The position numbers and the translations under genes are program-made. DNA of 64,000 bases, taken from contig JBAUIH010000209.1 in NCBI GenBank assembly GCA_049682755.1, positions 208 through 64,207 on the forward strand, in the 5' to 3' direction. Source of the stretch: Candidatus Aminicenantales bacterium (GTDB lineage: Bacteria > Acidobacteriota > Aminicenantia > Aminicenantales > UBA8522). Under the pieces are notes generated by a model. The model did not search any database. It saw only the letters and a list, made by a program, of their open reading frames with translations, and was not told where the DNA came from. The first letter of the stretch is position 1. The number at the start of each line of letters is the position of its first letter. Below are positions 34,311 to 44,530 of this stretch, piece after piece.

Positions 34311-34856
34311 ATGAACCGTGAAGAGGCTCTCGCGCTTCTCAAAAAGCATCTCCAGAATAGGAATCTGGTCAAGCACTGCTTGGCCGTCGAAGCATGCATG
34401 AGGGACGTGGCGGTCAGGCTCGGACAGAACCCGGAGCCGTGGGGGCTGGCCGGGATCCTTCATGACCTTGACTACGAATTGACGGAGAAGAGCCCCGAGC
34501 TCCACACCACCGAGACGGTCAAAATGCTTGAAGGGAGGGGCATCTCTCCAGAGGTCATCCACGCCATCCAGGCCCATGCGGGCAAAGTGGCCTGCGGAAG
34601 CCCATTCGACTGGGCGATTTTTTCCATCGACCCGCTGACCGGGTTGATCATCGCCGCGACCCTGATGCATCCCACGAAGAAAATCAAGGCGATCGACCTC
34701 GATTTCGTCAAGAGGCGGTACAAGGAGAAGAGCTTTGCCCGCGGGGCCAGGAGAGAAGAGATCGAAGAGTGCCGCAACCTCGGCCTGGAGCTGGACGAGT
34801 TCATCTCCATCTGCATTGGGGCAATGCAGGGAATCGACGCCGAGTTGGGCCTCTGA
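34311..34856 (+). CDS. HD-domain phosphohydrolase
   Basis: VKHCLAVEACM...GILHDLDYE (H...HD). GGGAGG RBS. Confidence 0.75.
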   Translation: MNREEALALLKKHLQNRNLVKHCLAVEACMRDVAVRLGQNPEPWGLAGILHDLDYELTEKSPELHTTETVKMLEGRGISPEVIHAIQAHAGKVACGSPFDWAIFSIDPLTGLIIAATLMHPTKKIKAIDLDFVKRRYKEKSFARGARREEIEECRNLGLELDEFISICIGAMQGIDAELGL

Positions 34857-35106
34857 TGGCGCCGGGACGATTCTAGATACACATCACTATACTCTTGAGT
34901 GGACGGATATACCGACACTGGACCTTTTTCGCTTCCGCGGAAAAGGCGTCACCCTAAAGGACGGTCTCAAGATCCAGGAGCTGAGGCTGGCTAATGTCGG
35001 ACCGGATCGCCTCTTGCGGAGGAGGGCATCATCTCGGCAAGATTTTGAGTGAGTCAATGCGCAATTTTGACATGCTGATGTTCCTGTGCTATAGGTTTCT
35101 TCAGCC

Positions 35107-36234
35107 ATGAAAATCGTGGCCGTCGTCGGCCCCTCCGGGAGTGGAAAAACATCATTGATCGAGCAGCTGGTCACAGAATTGAAGAGACGTGGGCTTTCTG
35201 TAGCTGTTATCAAGCACTGTTCCCGAGGGTTCAGCCTTGACCAGCAAGGCAAGGATAGCTGGAGATTTAAAGACGCCGGCGCGGACGGCGTAGGACTGGT
35301 TTCTCCTGAGGAGGTAGCCATCGTTCAAAAGCAATCCCGCAAGGCGGAGGATCCTCTGCTGGCGTCTGCTTATTTTAATAACATGGATATCGTCTTCATT
35401 GAAGGCCGCCACGTGGCCAAACATGTCCCCAAGCTTGAGCTCCTTCGGAAAGGGGTGGCCGAAAGGGTGGCCACCCCCCTCGAAGAGCTGGCCGCTGTTG
35501 TTTCTGACTTTGATGTCCATGTCCCCCGGCCGGTTTTTCATTACAGCCAGATTCATGAGATCGCCAATTTTCTGGAGAAAGAGGCACCGGTCGAAATGGA
35601 CAGGCAACAATTTGAAAGAAAGTTTTTCTCCAAGCGCGACCTCAATATTCTATCCCTTCTCCAAAGCAGCACAGTGGGCATTGCCGGCGCAGGGGGATTG
35701 GGTTCCAATGCCGCGGTCTCTCTCGCCAGGGCTGGTCTCGGAACGCTGATCATCGCCGATTGCGATCGCGTCGAACCGTCTGATCTCAATCGACAATACT
35801 ATTTCATGGAGCAGGTCGGAAAACCCAAAGTTGAAGCCCTGCTCGAGAACCTGAAAAGAATTAGCGCTTATTCTCGATATCAGGTCCATGTGATCAAAAT
35901 CGAGCCCGGAAATGTGGCGACAATTTTTGGGACTGCCGATATCTTGGTCGAAGCCTTCGACAAGGCCGAAATGAAACAGATGCTCGTCAATACCTGGCTT
36001 TCGCTTTTTCCTCAAAAGCCGATCATCGTCGCCTCGGGGCTCGCGGGCATTGGGAAGAACAAGAGGATCCACACCAGAAAAATAGGAAATCTCTATATTT
36101 GCGGTGATGAAGAGACGGAAAGCGAAGAATGGATATCCCCGCTGGCGCCGCGAGTGGGCATCGTTGCCAACATGCAGGCCAACCTGGCCTTGGAGTTGTT
36201 GGTCAAAATGAAGAGCAAAAAATCAAAGATATGA
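35107..36234 (+). CDS. MobB (molybdopterin-guanine dinucleotide biosynthesis adaptor) fused to a ThiF/MoeB-type adenylyltransferase
   Basis: N-terminal half: MKIVAVVGPSGSGKTSLIEQLV...AVIKHCSRGFSLDQQGKDSWRF (MobB). C-terminal half: VGIAGAGGLGSNAAVSLARAGLGTLIIADCDRVEPSDLNRQ (E1-like Rossmann fold). Confidence 0.8.
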   Translation: MKIVAVVGPSGSGKTSLIEQLVTELKRRGLSVAVIKHCSRGFSLDQQGKDSWRFKDAGADGVGLVSPEEVAIVQKQSRKAEDPLLASAYFNNMDIVFIEGRHVAKHVPKLELLRKGVAERVATPLEELAAVVSDFDVHVPRPVFHYSQIHEIANFLEKEAPVEMDRQQFERKFFSKRDLNILSLLQSSTVGIAGAGGLGSNAAVSLARAGLGTLIIADCDRVEPSDLNRQYYFMEQVGKPKVEALLENLKRISAYSRYQVHVIKIEPGNVATIFGTADILVEAFDKAEMKQMLVNTWLSLFPQKPIIVASGLAGIGKNKRIHTRKIGNLYICGDEETESEEWISPLAPRVGIVANMQANLALELLVKMKSKKSKI

Positions 36235-36256
36235 TCAAGACTGAATGGAGAATGAC

Positions 36257-36538
36257 ATGTTCAAAGTGAATGAGTATTTTGACGGAAAAGTAAAGTCTTT
36301 AGCCTTCCAGGCGGCGGAAGGGCCGGCGACAATAGGAGTCATGGCCAAAGGCGAGTATGAGTTTGGGACTTCGACAAAAGAAATCATGACTGTGATCACC
36401 GGAAAGCTGACCGTAAGACTCCCCGGGAGCGAAGAATGGAAAGAATACAAGCCTAACGATTCCTTTGTTGTCAAGGCGAATAAAAAATTCAATCTCAAGG
36501 TTGCTCAGGATACCTCCTACCTCTGTCTGTACAGGTAA
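36257..36538 (+). CDS. ppnP: Pyrimidine/purine nucleoside phosphorylase PpnP (DUF1255)
   Basis: [24 protein letters not shown]...E.M.V..G matches the PpnP/YaiE pattern. I prefer the ATG at 36257 (GGAG 6 nt upstream). Confidence 0.8.
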   Translation: MFKVNEYFDGKVKSLAFQAAEGPATIGVMAKGEYEFGTSTKEIMTVITGKLTVRLPGSEEWKEYKPNDSFVVKANKKFNLKVAQDTSYLCLYR

Positions 36539-36541
36539 AAA

Positions 36542-38125
36542 CTAAAGATCGCGCTGCGTCCATTCTCCATCGATGAAGCGCCACATTCTGCCGGTGGGAT
36601 TTTTGTCTTGGAGCTCTTCAGGAAGGCGGTGCGGGCGGACGTTATCGTAACAGTTAAGCGCGGTAAAACGGAGTAGGGATACGGGGATCCCGACGGATGT
36701 GAAGCCGGGATGGCCTGTCGCCGGATAAGGTCCGCCGTGGTTCATGGCCGGGGAGACCGCGACGCCCGTCGGCATCTTATCGTTAATGAGACGCCCGACC
36801 TTCAGGCGGAGTATCGGTTCGATCCTTTTATAGGGAGCATCATCTTTGTTATGGCTCTCGCTGTAGATGGTGCCGGTGAGATTCCCTTCAAAAGATTCGA
36901 CAATCTTCAACATTTGCTCGTCGTCTTTGGCAAAGACAACGAGAGAGACGCCTCCAAAGGCCTCGATCTGCAGCTCTCGGGGATGGTTCAAAAACCTTTC
37001 TCCAGAAATGCGGAGGAGGGTATTTTCCAGGCGGTATCCGGGACCATCCGGCACTTTATTTCCCGTGACGATTTCGGCCCCGAAGAGGGCCATTCCGGCA
37101 ACGGTCTCGCGCAGCCTATCGAGGGTGTTTTGGCTCAGCAGAAGACCTGCCGGAGCCTGTCTGAAAAGGTCGAGGGTGCAACGGAAAAATGCTTCGCTTT
37201 GTGGATTCTGTCTCAAAATCACGAGGCCGGGCTTGGTACAAAACTGGCCTGAGCCCATGGTGCAGGAGGTGAAAAGCTCTTGGGCAATCTGCTCAGAGCG
37301 CTCTTCAAGGGAACCCGGGAGGAGAATGACCGGGTTCAAACTCGACATCTCAAGATAGACGGGCTTTCCCGCTTCATCAGCGGCTTTTTTGAGCCGCAAC
37401 CCCGATAAACGGCTTCCCGTGAAAGCCGTCGCCCCAGTTAGGGGGTGGGCGGCCAGCTTAAATCCGTCTTCGGGCTCAAAGTGATAAAGCAGCTGAACGA
37501 TTCCTCGAGGCAGGTTGTTTTCTATGAGGATTTCTATGGCCATTTCAGCGAAGATTCGCGCTGTCCCGGGATGTCCTGGATGAGCTTTGGCGATGACCGG
37601 GTTTCCAGAAGCTACCGCCGCAGCAAAATCCCCCCCGGCCACTGGATTGAACGCAAACGGAAAATTGCTGGGGCCGAAAATGACGACCGGGCCGCCAAGG
37701 GGTGCATGCTTGGAGCGGATGTTTTTCTTTGTATCAATCGTTGTCCGGCACCAAGAACGGTCGCGGCAGGCGGCCGCAGCCTGGCGCAGCTGATCGGTCG
37801 TCCTGGGTAGCTCGACGGATCGGAGTCTGGGTTCCCCAGGCAGGGCTGTTTCGAGAGAGGCCATTTTGATCAAGGCTTCTCTGCGCTTTTCGATCCGGTT
37901 GGCATAGGAATCTAAGAAAGCAGCGATCTCTTTGAGAGGGATGGAGCGGAGCTCGGAAGCCGCTCTGCGCGAAGCCTGGAGAGCGCGACCGATATCGTTG
38001 AAACTCGAGACAGGATAATTTTCTTTGAGGCTTTTTTGGGTCGCTGGATTCGTTGCCGAAAAAGAGCCAAGGGGAGCCTGCGCTTTTTGCCAGACGCCCC
38101 CAATGAGCACGGGTTGGATTTCCAT
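36542..38125 (-). CDS. Aldehyde dehydrogenase family protein (ketoglutarate-semialdehyde dehydrogenase-like)
   Basis: ALDH superfamily length and motifs (FTGS, the catalytic region SGQFCTKPG, and EAFGGV in the E..GP position). ATG at 38125 has a GGAGA RBS. Confidence 0.85.
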   Translation of the reverse strand: MEIQPVLIGGVWQKAQAPLGSFSATNPATQKSLKENYPVSSFNDIGRALQASRRAASELRSIPLKEIAAFLDSYANRIEKRREALIKMASLETALPGEPRLRSVELPRTTDQLRQAAAACRDRSWCRTTIDTKKNIRSKHAPLGGPVVIFGPSNFPFAFNPVAGGDFAAAVASGNPVIAKAHPGHPGTARIFAEMAIEILIENNLPRGIVQLLYHFEPEDGFKLAAHPLTGATAFTGSRLSGLRLKKAADEAGKPVYLEMSSLNPVILLPGSLEERSEQIAQELFTSCTMGSGQFCTKPGLVILRQNPQSEAFFRCTLDLFRQAPAGLLLSQNTLDRLRETVAGMALFGAEIVTGNKVPDGPGYRLENTLLRISGERFLNHPRELQIEAFGGVSLVVFAKDDEQMLKIVESFEGNLTGTIYSESHNKDDAPYKRIEPILRLKVGRLINDKMPTGVAVSPAMNHGGPYPATGHPGFTSVGIPVSLLRFTALNCYDNVRPHRLPEELQDKNPTGRMWRFIDGEWTQRDL

Positions 38126-38234
38126 AGAATTTCTCCGTTTGCTTTTCTTGTGAATTATAGTCAGGCTCATCTCGTCTTGTCAATGAAAAGGCAAATATGA
38201 ATAATAGAGTCTATCGTTCATTCAAGGAGTCCCG

Positions 38235-39397
38235 ATGAATCATTTCCTTGTTCTGGGTGCTGGAAAGATGGGGCTCGTCCTGGCCAAAGACTTGATTGAT
38301 AGCAGCCCCCAAAATAGAGTGACGCTGGTCGATATCCGTTCGCCTCAACTGGAAAAAGCCGGAAGTCCATTGCGAGCTCCAGGCTTGAAGTCTTAGAGAG
38401 GGATATGGAAAATGAAGAGCAGAGACAAAATGTCTGTCAGGGCAAAGATGTCGTTCTCAATGCCCTTCTTCACAGGCACAGCTTGCCCACTTTGGAGACG
38501 GCGATCCGCAGCACCGTTCATTTTGTTGATCTGGCGGGCGAGGCCCCTTTGGCCCGGATGTTGTATGATCAAGAAGCCAAGGACAAATGTGTCACTGTCA
38601 TCTCGGGAATGGGTGTATCGCCCGGGATCACCAATGTCCTCGTCGGCAGGGCCGTGCATCTTCTTGATGAAACGGAAAGAGCGCTCATTTTTTGTGGAGG
38701 GAACCCGGTCCGACCGCGGCCCCCTCTTCGTTATAAGATTGTCTATGCCATTGACAGCCTTATCAATTTCTATCAGAGGCCGGCCCTGATTATCAGACAC
38801 GGCCAGGTCGAAGAAGTGGCTCCGCTGACAGGCCTTGAACCCATCGGTTTCGCCCCGGATTTCCCCGACATGGAATGCTTTTTCACCGATGGCTTGAGTT
38901 CATTGCTCCATACCATGAAAGGGAAAATCCACGGAGACCTCTATGAGAAAACAGTCCGGCATCGAGGCCATGTCCAAGGATTCAGGACGCTCCAAGAGTG
39001 CGGCTTTTTCTCCACCGAGCCAGTCCGAGTTGGAGACCAGCATGTTATCCCCAGGCAGGTTCTCGAGACACTCCTCGAAGAGAGGATGAAACTTGGGGAA
39101 GAAAAAGATGTGACCTTGTTGCGAATTCTCGTTTCCGGCAAAAAATCAGGAGCTGCTCAAACGCATCTTTTTGAAATGGTTGATTATAACGATTCAGAAA
39201 AAAAATACAGCTCTATGGCCAGGACGACGAGTTTTCCCGCATCGATTGTTTCCCAGATGATCGTTTCAGGCCAGATCTCAGTCAGGGGAGTTGTCTTTCC
39301 AGAAAGCGTTTTTGATCAGGACCTGTTTCCTCTTTTTATGGAGGGCTTAAGAAAGAGGGGAGTCACCATCTCGCATGAAATAACTCCTGGAAAATAA
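38235..39397 (+). pseudogene. Saccharopine dehydrogenase-family gene interrupted by a frameshift at an A5 run
   Basis: The N-terminal Rossmann segment MNHFLVLGAGKMGLVLAKDL...VDIRSPQLEKAGS ends at TAG 38394-38396. The rest (..SISSSRLEVLERDMENEEQ...DVVLNAL...GMGVSPGITN...) continues in another frame that is open from 38318. One extra A in aaaaa (38353-38357) would join the two. Confidence 0.7.
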
Positions 39398-39408
39398 AAA
39401 GGGGACGA

Positions 39409-39639
39409 TTAGCCGCCCGAATAGATGGGGCAGATGGCAATTCTATCCCCGTCTTCGAGCTCCTCCTGTGGAGATATGGCTCTTCCGTTGCGGGTCATGA
39501 TTTTCGGCCTATTTTCTTGGATGTTGACCAGAGAGAGGATTTGGCCGGCCGTGATTGGTTTTTCCAACTCAAGCTCTTTTTCACTGAACCCCGCCTCATA
39601 GATAAAGGGGCCAATAATTTTGAGCTTGATTTTCATCAC
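39409..39639 (-). CDS. MoaD/ThiS-family ubiquitin-like sulfur carrier (C-terminal GG)
   Basis: 76 aa ending ...DRIAICPIYSGG. It lies immediately downstream of AOR on the same strand. Confidence 0.75.
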   Translation of the reverse strand: MMKIKLKIIGPFIYEAGFSEKELELEKPITAGQILSLVNIQENRPKIMTRNGRAISPQEELEDGDRIAICPIYSGG

Positions 39640-39675
39640 TTCAATTTTGCCTCAAAAACAAGGTCTGCCCGAAGA

Positions 39676-41511
39676 CTATTCGAGCGTAGCGTATTTTTCG
39701 ACTTCCGCGGCTTCTTTGGTCAGACCCAATCCCAGGGCTGTTTTCTTGGTGGGGATCCCCCGCTTATCCCACCCCCGGATATCATAGAAAGAATCGAGCA
39801 ACTTCTCGTACTTGTCCCATTCCAGGATCTTACCCGCGATCGGGCCTTCCTGGTCAGCATTGGAGGGATCGAACCAAGCTTTCGGAGGATAGTCTTTTGT
39901 CCTGTCCCAATTGGGGAATTCCCGCAGCCAGAAGAATTTCATCAGGGCATAGATCCTGTCGCTGACTTTGAAAAAGTCGCCGAGAGTCCAGTTCATACCG
40001 GTGATTTTATTGAAATAGTCGGCATAATGTTGAAGATCCCAGCCCAGCTCAATCCAGGGGAAGCGGCAGGCGACGAGGAATTCAAAAAGACCGCCGCGGA
40101 TTCTCTGCAGTTCGATAACCTTTTGGGCCTTTTCCGGTCCGTAGGATTCCCGCGAGGTTTGGGTGATCTCAAACATGATCACCCAGGATTCTTTGTGATG
40201 AGCCCCGATCGGGCTGGTGGCGAAAGCCAGGGCCATACCGGGTATGAACTTGCAGTTGTAAGCCGAACATTCAAGCCCTTTGACCTGCATGGCGTAGTCC
40301 ATCGCATCCTGGCCGATTTTTTGAGCCATTCTCATTGTCCCCTCGGCCAAAAAGTCACCCACTCCTTCCCGGTAGGCAGTCAACCTTAAGAGCTCTTTGG
40401 CTCGTTCTGCGTCCCCGAATTTGAAGCTTCCTTCGAGGGAGCCGCGGTCGATAGCATCGGCATAAAAGCCTAAAACAGCTCCGCTCGATATCGTGTCCAG
40501 ACCATAATCATCGCAGAGATAGTTCAGGGAGGCGACCTGGGGCAAATCAAAAATTTCGAGGTTGCTACCCAGCATGCCGATGTTTTCATAATCCAGCTCG
40601 GATTCGCGCCCTTCATGATCATGAATGGTTATGCCGCAGCGCATCGTGCAATTCGGACAACCATAGGTTGCGACGCGGGCGTTGTTGAGCCGTTCACCGT
40701 CGATCTTCCAGGCATCCTGGTGAAAGGTTTTTCTCATGTTTCTCACAGGCAGAGCGGCGACTTCATTGCACCAGGAAAGCACTCCCGTTGTTCCCTGAAT
40801 TGACCACCCGGTTTTTTTATTTATCTCTCCTACTTTTCTTAAGTCTTCCGCGCCCAGCTTTTTCATTCCCGCGGGGTCGGCCATCGGGATGGCGTTTGTC
40901 CCTTTGACGACGATGGCTTTGAGGTTCTTTGAACCCATTACGGCGCCGATTCCCGGACGACCTCCCGCCCGGCCTTCCAGGCTGCGGATCATCGCATAGA
41001 GCACCTTGTTTTCACCGCCCTGTCCGATGGTGAGAATTCCCGCCGCCTTCCCGTATTTTTTATAAAGCCAATTCATCGTCTCATAGGTGCCTTTTCCCCA
41101 AATTTCTCCAGCCGGCAATATCTCCACCCGGTCGTTGACGATATTGAGATAGACGGGTGAGCGGGCTTGTCCCTCTATAATCAAGCCATCATAACCCGCC
41201 TTGTGGAGCTCGATCGCGACTCTTGTCCCCAGGTTTCCGTCTCCGTAGCCGCCGGTGAGCGGCGATTTGGCAGCCACAACGGCTTTGCCGGTATTCGGGG
41301 CGGGAATTCCGGCGATCGGCCCCAGCGCGACGATCAATTTGTTCTCCGGACCCAAGGCATCGATTCCGGGTTTGAGTTCGTCCCAGAGGATTTTGACGGC
41401 AAATCCCCGCCCTCCGACCCATGTTTTGGCAAATTCTTCGGTAAAGGATTCTTTTTTTACGGATTCTGTGGTTAAGTTTATTCTGAGGAAATTGCCGGTC
41501 CAACCGTTCAT
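39676..41511 (-). CDS. Aldehyde:ferredoxin oxidoreductase (tungstopterin AOR family)
   Basis: MNGWTGNFLRINLTT...WVGGRGFAVKILWDE N-terminus, 611 aa, and AOR_N/AOR_C organisation. Confidence 0.9.
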   Translation of the reverse strand: MNGWTGNFLRINLTTESVKKESFTEEFAKTWVGGRGFAVKILWDELKPGIDALGPENKLIVALGPIAGIPAPNTGKAVVAAKSPLTGGYGDGNLGTRVAIELHKAGYDGLIIEGQARSPVYLNIVNDRVEILPAGEIWGKGTYETMNWLYKKYGKAAGILTIGQGGENKVLYAMIRSLEGRAGGRPGIGAVMGSKNLKAIVVKGTNAIPMADPAGMKKLGAEDLRKVGEINKKTGWSIQGTTGVLSWCNEVAALPVRNMRKTFHQDAWKIDGERLNNARVATYGCPNCTMRCGITIHDHEGRESELDYENIGMLGSNLEIFDLPQVASLNYLCDDYGLDTISSGAVLGFYADAIDRGSLEGSFKFGDAERAKELLRLTAYREGVGDFLAEGTMRMAQKIGQDAMDYAMQVKGLECSAYNCKFIPGMALAFATSPIGAHHKESWVIMFEITQTSRESYGPEKAQKVIELQRIRGGLFEFLVACRFPWIELGWDLQHYADYFNKITGMNWTLGDFFKVSDRIYALMKFFWLREFPNWDRTKDYPPKAWFDPSNADQEGPIAGKILEWDKYEKLLDSFYDIRGWDKRGIPTKKTALGLGLTKEAAEVEKYATLE

Positions 41512-41825
41512 TGGTGAAACCTCTCCTGATTAATTTTCGTGCGGATCAAACGCATTTATCGGATAACATAATGAGGTTTCTTAGTCAAGAAAAAAACCTT
41601 GCAGAATCGTCTCAATATTGGCTCGTCTCGATGATTTTCTGTAGATCCCACAAGAAGAGAACAGCTGAACGAAAATTGAGGCCCAATTTTGGCGTCAGTC
41701 CTGCATGTGTTTGCTTGAACTCTGCTATTGTTGTGTGCTATAAAGACGTGAATAGTTCTCCTCAACCTCTGGAGGAGCTAAATAATTTCCAGGCAGAAGC
41801 GTAGAAATAAAAAAGGAGGACGGTC

Positions 41826-42032
41826 ATGGAAAAGAAACTTTACCGCTCACAAGCGCGAAAGATGCTCGGAGGGGTCTGCGCGGGATTGGGGGACTATTTT
41901 GATATCGACGTCACCCTTGTCCGGCTGATCTTCGTAGCCCTAGCCCTTGTGACAGCGATCATTCCGATGATGATCTTTTACCTGATTGCCTGGATTATCA
42001 TCCCGGTCGAGGAGCCGAAGAAAGCGGGGTGA
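41826..42032 (+). CDS. PspC domain membrane protein
   Basis: KLYRSQARKMLGGVCAGLGDYFDIDVTLVRLIFV, followed by a TM helix. Confidence 0.8.
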   Translation: MEKKLYRSQARKMLGGVCAGLGDYFDIDVTLVRLIFVALALVTAIIPMMIFYLIAWIIIPVEEPKKAG

Positions 42033-42090
42033 TTGATTCACCGGCCGTCATTGGATATTGATTAGTCTGCCGGTTGGATCGCGGCTCCCT

Positions 42091-42762
42091 ATGATGATCA
42101 AGGCCGACCTTCCCTTCCAGCATCTCGCGATAGAAGGTCCTCCGAAATCTCAGAAAACAAAACTGGCCCAGATCCTGGGCTCGCTTATCGGCGGCCGGGT
42201 CGTCCTCGACCGGGCCGAGAACCCTTACCTCAAGGATTTTTACGACGAAAAGGAGGGGGCCTCCTTTCTGGCCCAGCTTGTCTTCCTGATCAATCGCTAC
42301 CACCAGCAACTCCGGCTGTCCCAGAGGGACCTGTTCGAAGAGAGAGTTATCTGCGATTACCTCTTTGAGAAAGACAAGATATTTGGCTATCAGACGCTCG
42401 GCGATGATGAATTGGTCGTCTACGAGCGGATCTACAGCATCCTGGCGGAGAGAATCCCCCGCCCGGATCTGGTCATTTATCTGCAGATTTCCCTCCCGAC
42501 TCTTCTCCAGCGGATCGCCAAGGACGGGAGCCCGATGGAAAAGAATATCTCCGAGAAATACCTAGGAGACCTGGTCGAAGCGTTCGATTATTTCTTTTTC
42601 AACTATCAGGCGACACCCTTGTTGGTGGTTAAAGCGGACGAAATCGACCTGACCAGGGAAGAAGAGATCACCGACATCGTAGCTAAGCTCGCCCAAGTCA
42701 AAAAGGGACCCCTGTTTTATGTGCCTCAGAGCTATGCTCAAAGGGACCTGCGGAAGAAATAG
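42091..42762 (+). CDS. Deoxynucleoside kinase family protein
   Basis: dNK layout with AIEGPPKSQKTKLAQ (P-loop with Q in place of the second G), ERVICDYLFEKDKIF (ERS-like) and the lid region LQRIAKDG. The start is uncertain (ATG 42091 versus TTG 42058). Confidence 0.7.
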   Translation: MMIKADLPFQHLAIEGPPKSQKTKLAQILGSLIGGRVVLDRAENPYLKDFYDEKEGASFLAQLVFLINRYHQQLRLSQRDLFEERVICDYLFEKDKIFGYQTLGDDELVVYERIYSILAERIPRPDLVIYLQISLPTLLQRIAKDGSPMEKNISEKYLGDLVEAFDYFFFNYQATPLLVVKADEIDLTREEEITDIVAKLAQVKKGPLFYVPQSYAQRDLRKK

Positions 42763-42837
42763 AAACGGGAAAGCTTTCAGGAAATAGACTTTACCTCAAT
42801 CCCGTGATCGAGGCGGGATGGGGAGAAAGGAGTGAAC

Positions 42838-43677
42838 ATGGCTGAGAAAACCGAAGCGGGAGTCACCATACCGTATCTTCGGGCCAAAAAAGTGAGCGGC
42901 GAAAAGATTGTCGCCCTGACGGCCTACGATTTTCCCTCCGCTCTGATCCTCGACCGGGCCGGAGTCGATATCGTCCTGGTGGGCGACTCCCTGGGAATGG
43001 TGGTCCTGGGTTATGAGAACACCATCCCTGTGACCATGGACGAGATGATCCATCACACCAAGGCGGTGAGCCGGGCGGTGAAGCGGGCGCTGGTGATCGG
43101 CGACATGCCCTATTTTTCCTTCCATCAAACCGAGGAGTTGACCATTGCCAATGCCTCCCGGTTCCTCAAGGAAGCGGGAGCCAGGGCGGTCAAGGTCGAG
43201 GGCGCTTCGGGAAAAAGGCTGGGGCTCATCGCCGCTCTGGTCGAGGCCGAGATTCCGGTCATGGGACATGTCGGGCTGACGCCTCAATCCATTCATCATC
43301 TGGGGCAGTTCCGGGTCAGGGGAGGAGATGAAAAGGAGGCCCGGAAGATTATCGACGATGCCCGCAACCTGGAGCAGGCCGGCGTCTTCGCCGTCATTCT
43401 GGAATGCATCCCCGAAGACGTGGCCGGAGAGATCACGGAAACTCTCCGAGTGCCGACCATCGGCATTGGCGCGGGACCGCTCTGTGACGGTCAGGTCCTT
43501 GTCTTTCATGATCTGGTGGGATACTTGACCGGCGACAATCCGAAGTTCGTGAAAAAATACGCCGATGTGCAGTCGGTCATCGATGGGGCCGTCAGGCAGT
43601 ATGCCGACGAGGTCAGGCGGGGGATTTTTCCGGACGAAGCCCATACCTACCGCCCGAAAAAAAAGGCCTCATCATGA
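42838..43677 (+). CDS. panB: 3-methyl-2-oxobutanoate hydroxymethyltransferase
   Basis: KIVALTAYDFPSALILDRAGVDIVLVGDSLGMVVLGY...VKVEG. ATG at 42838 lies 5 nt after AAGGAG. Confidence 0.9.
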   Translation: MAEKTEAGVTIPYLRAKKVSGEKIVALTAYDFPSALILDRAGVDIVLVGDSLGMVVLGYENTIPVTMDEMIHHTKAVSRAVKRALVIGDMPYFSFHQTEELTIANASRFLKEAGARAVKVEGASGKRLGLIAALVEAEIPVMGHVGLTPQSIHHLGQFRVRGGDEKEARKIIDDARNLEQAGVFAVILECIPEDVAGEITETLRVPTIGIGAGPLCDGQVLVFHDLVGYLTGDNPKFVKKYADVQSVIDGAVRQYADEVRRGIFPDEAHTYRPKKKASS

Positions 43678-44522
43678 GAAAAATAACGGCGGTCGAAGGG
43701 ATGAAGGCGGCCGCCGGAGAAATCAAAGCGCAGGGCCGAGCCCTCGGCTTTGTGCCGACAATGGGCTACCTCCATGAGGGCCACCTCAGCCTGGTGAGGG
43801 AAAGTCTGAAGAGAGCGGCGGCGACCGTCGTCAGCATTTTCGTCAATCCGCTTCAGTTCGGCCCGCAGGAGGATTTGCGGAGGTACCCGAGGGACCCGGC
43901 CCGCGACGAGGCGTTGCTGGAAGAAGCGGGAGTCGATATCCTGTTTCACCCGGGGGATCTCGAAATGTATCCGGACGGATTCAGGACCACGGTGGAGGTC
44001 TCAGGACTCCAGGACAAGCTCTGCGGCCGGTCTCGACCCGGCCATTTCAAGGGCGTCACGACGGTCGTCCTTAAGCTTTTCAATATTGTCCGGCCTGATT
44101 ATGCGTTTTTCGGTCAGAAGGATGCCCAACAGGCGACCATCCTCCGCCGGATGGTCGATGACCTGAACCTGGATGTGAGGGTTGAAGTCCTGCCGATTGT
44201 CCGCGAGCCGGATGGGCTGGCGATGAGCTCACGCAACATCTATCTCAATCCTGAGGAACGGCGGGCCGCCCTCGTCCTCTTCAGGAGTCTTGAGAAAGCC
44301 CGTGCGATGTCTGCCGGCGGGGAGAAGGCGGCGGGTCCCATCCGCGAGGAGATAGTGCGCCTGATCGGAAGCGAAACCCTGGCCAGGATGGATTATGTGG
44401 AGATCGTCGATCCCCCTTCTCTCGAACCGGTCGAAAGGATCGAGGGCGATACTCTCGTCGCCGTGGCCGTCTTTATCGGGAAAACGAGATTGATTGACAA
44501 TACAATTTTGGAATGGAAGTGA
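43674..44522 (+). CDS. panC: Pantoate--beta-alanine ligase
   Basis: GFVPTMGYLHEGHLSLV...VSIFVNPLQFGP. ATGA overlap with panB. Confidence 0.9.
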   Translation: MRKITAVEGMKAAAGEIKAQGRALGFVPTMGYLHEGHLSLVRESLKRAAATVVSIFVNPLQFGPQEDLRRYPRDPARDEALLEEAGVDILFHPGDLEMYPDGFRTTVEVSGLQDKLCGRSRPGHFKGVTTVVLKLFNIVRPDYAFFGQKDAQQATILRRMVDDLNLDVRVEVLPIVREPDGLAMSSRNIYLNPEERRAALVLFRSLEKARAMSAGGEKAAGPIREEIVRLIGSETLARMDYVEIVDPPSLEPVERIEGDTLVAVAVFIGKTRLIDNTILEWK

Positions 44523-44530
44523 GAACACCC

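Noticed and set aside
34920-35106. Possible Moco/Tuco riboswitch upstream of the MobB-ThiF gene, and likewise upstream of AOR (41512-41800)
   Set aside because: The context is right and some local stems can be drawn (ccgc..aggcg / cgcct..gcgg). However, I could not recognise the conserved Moco core by eye, and a TTGACA-N17-TATAGG promoter lies downstream of the candidate structure. It is not called. A cmscan with Rfam RF01055 would settle the question.
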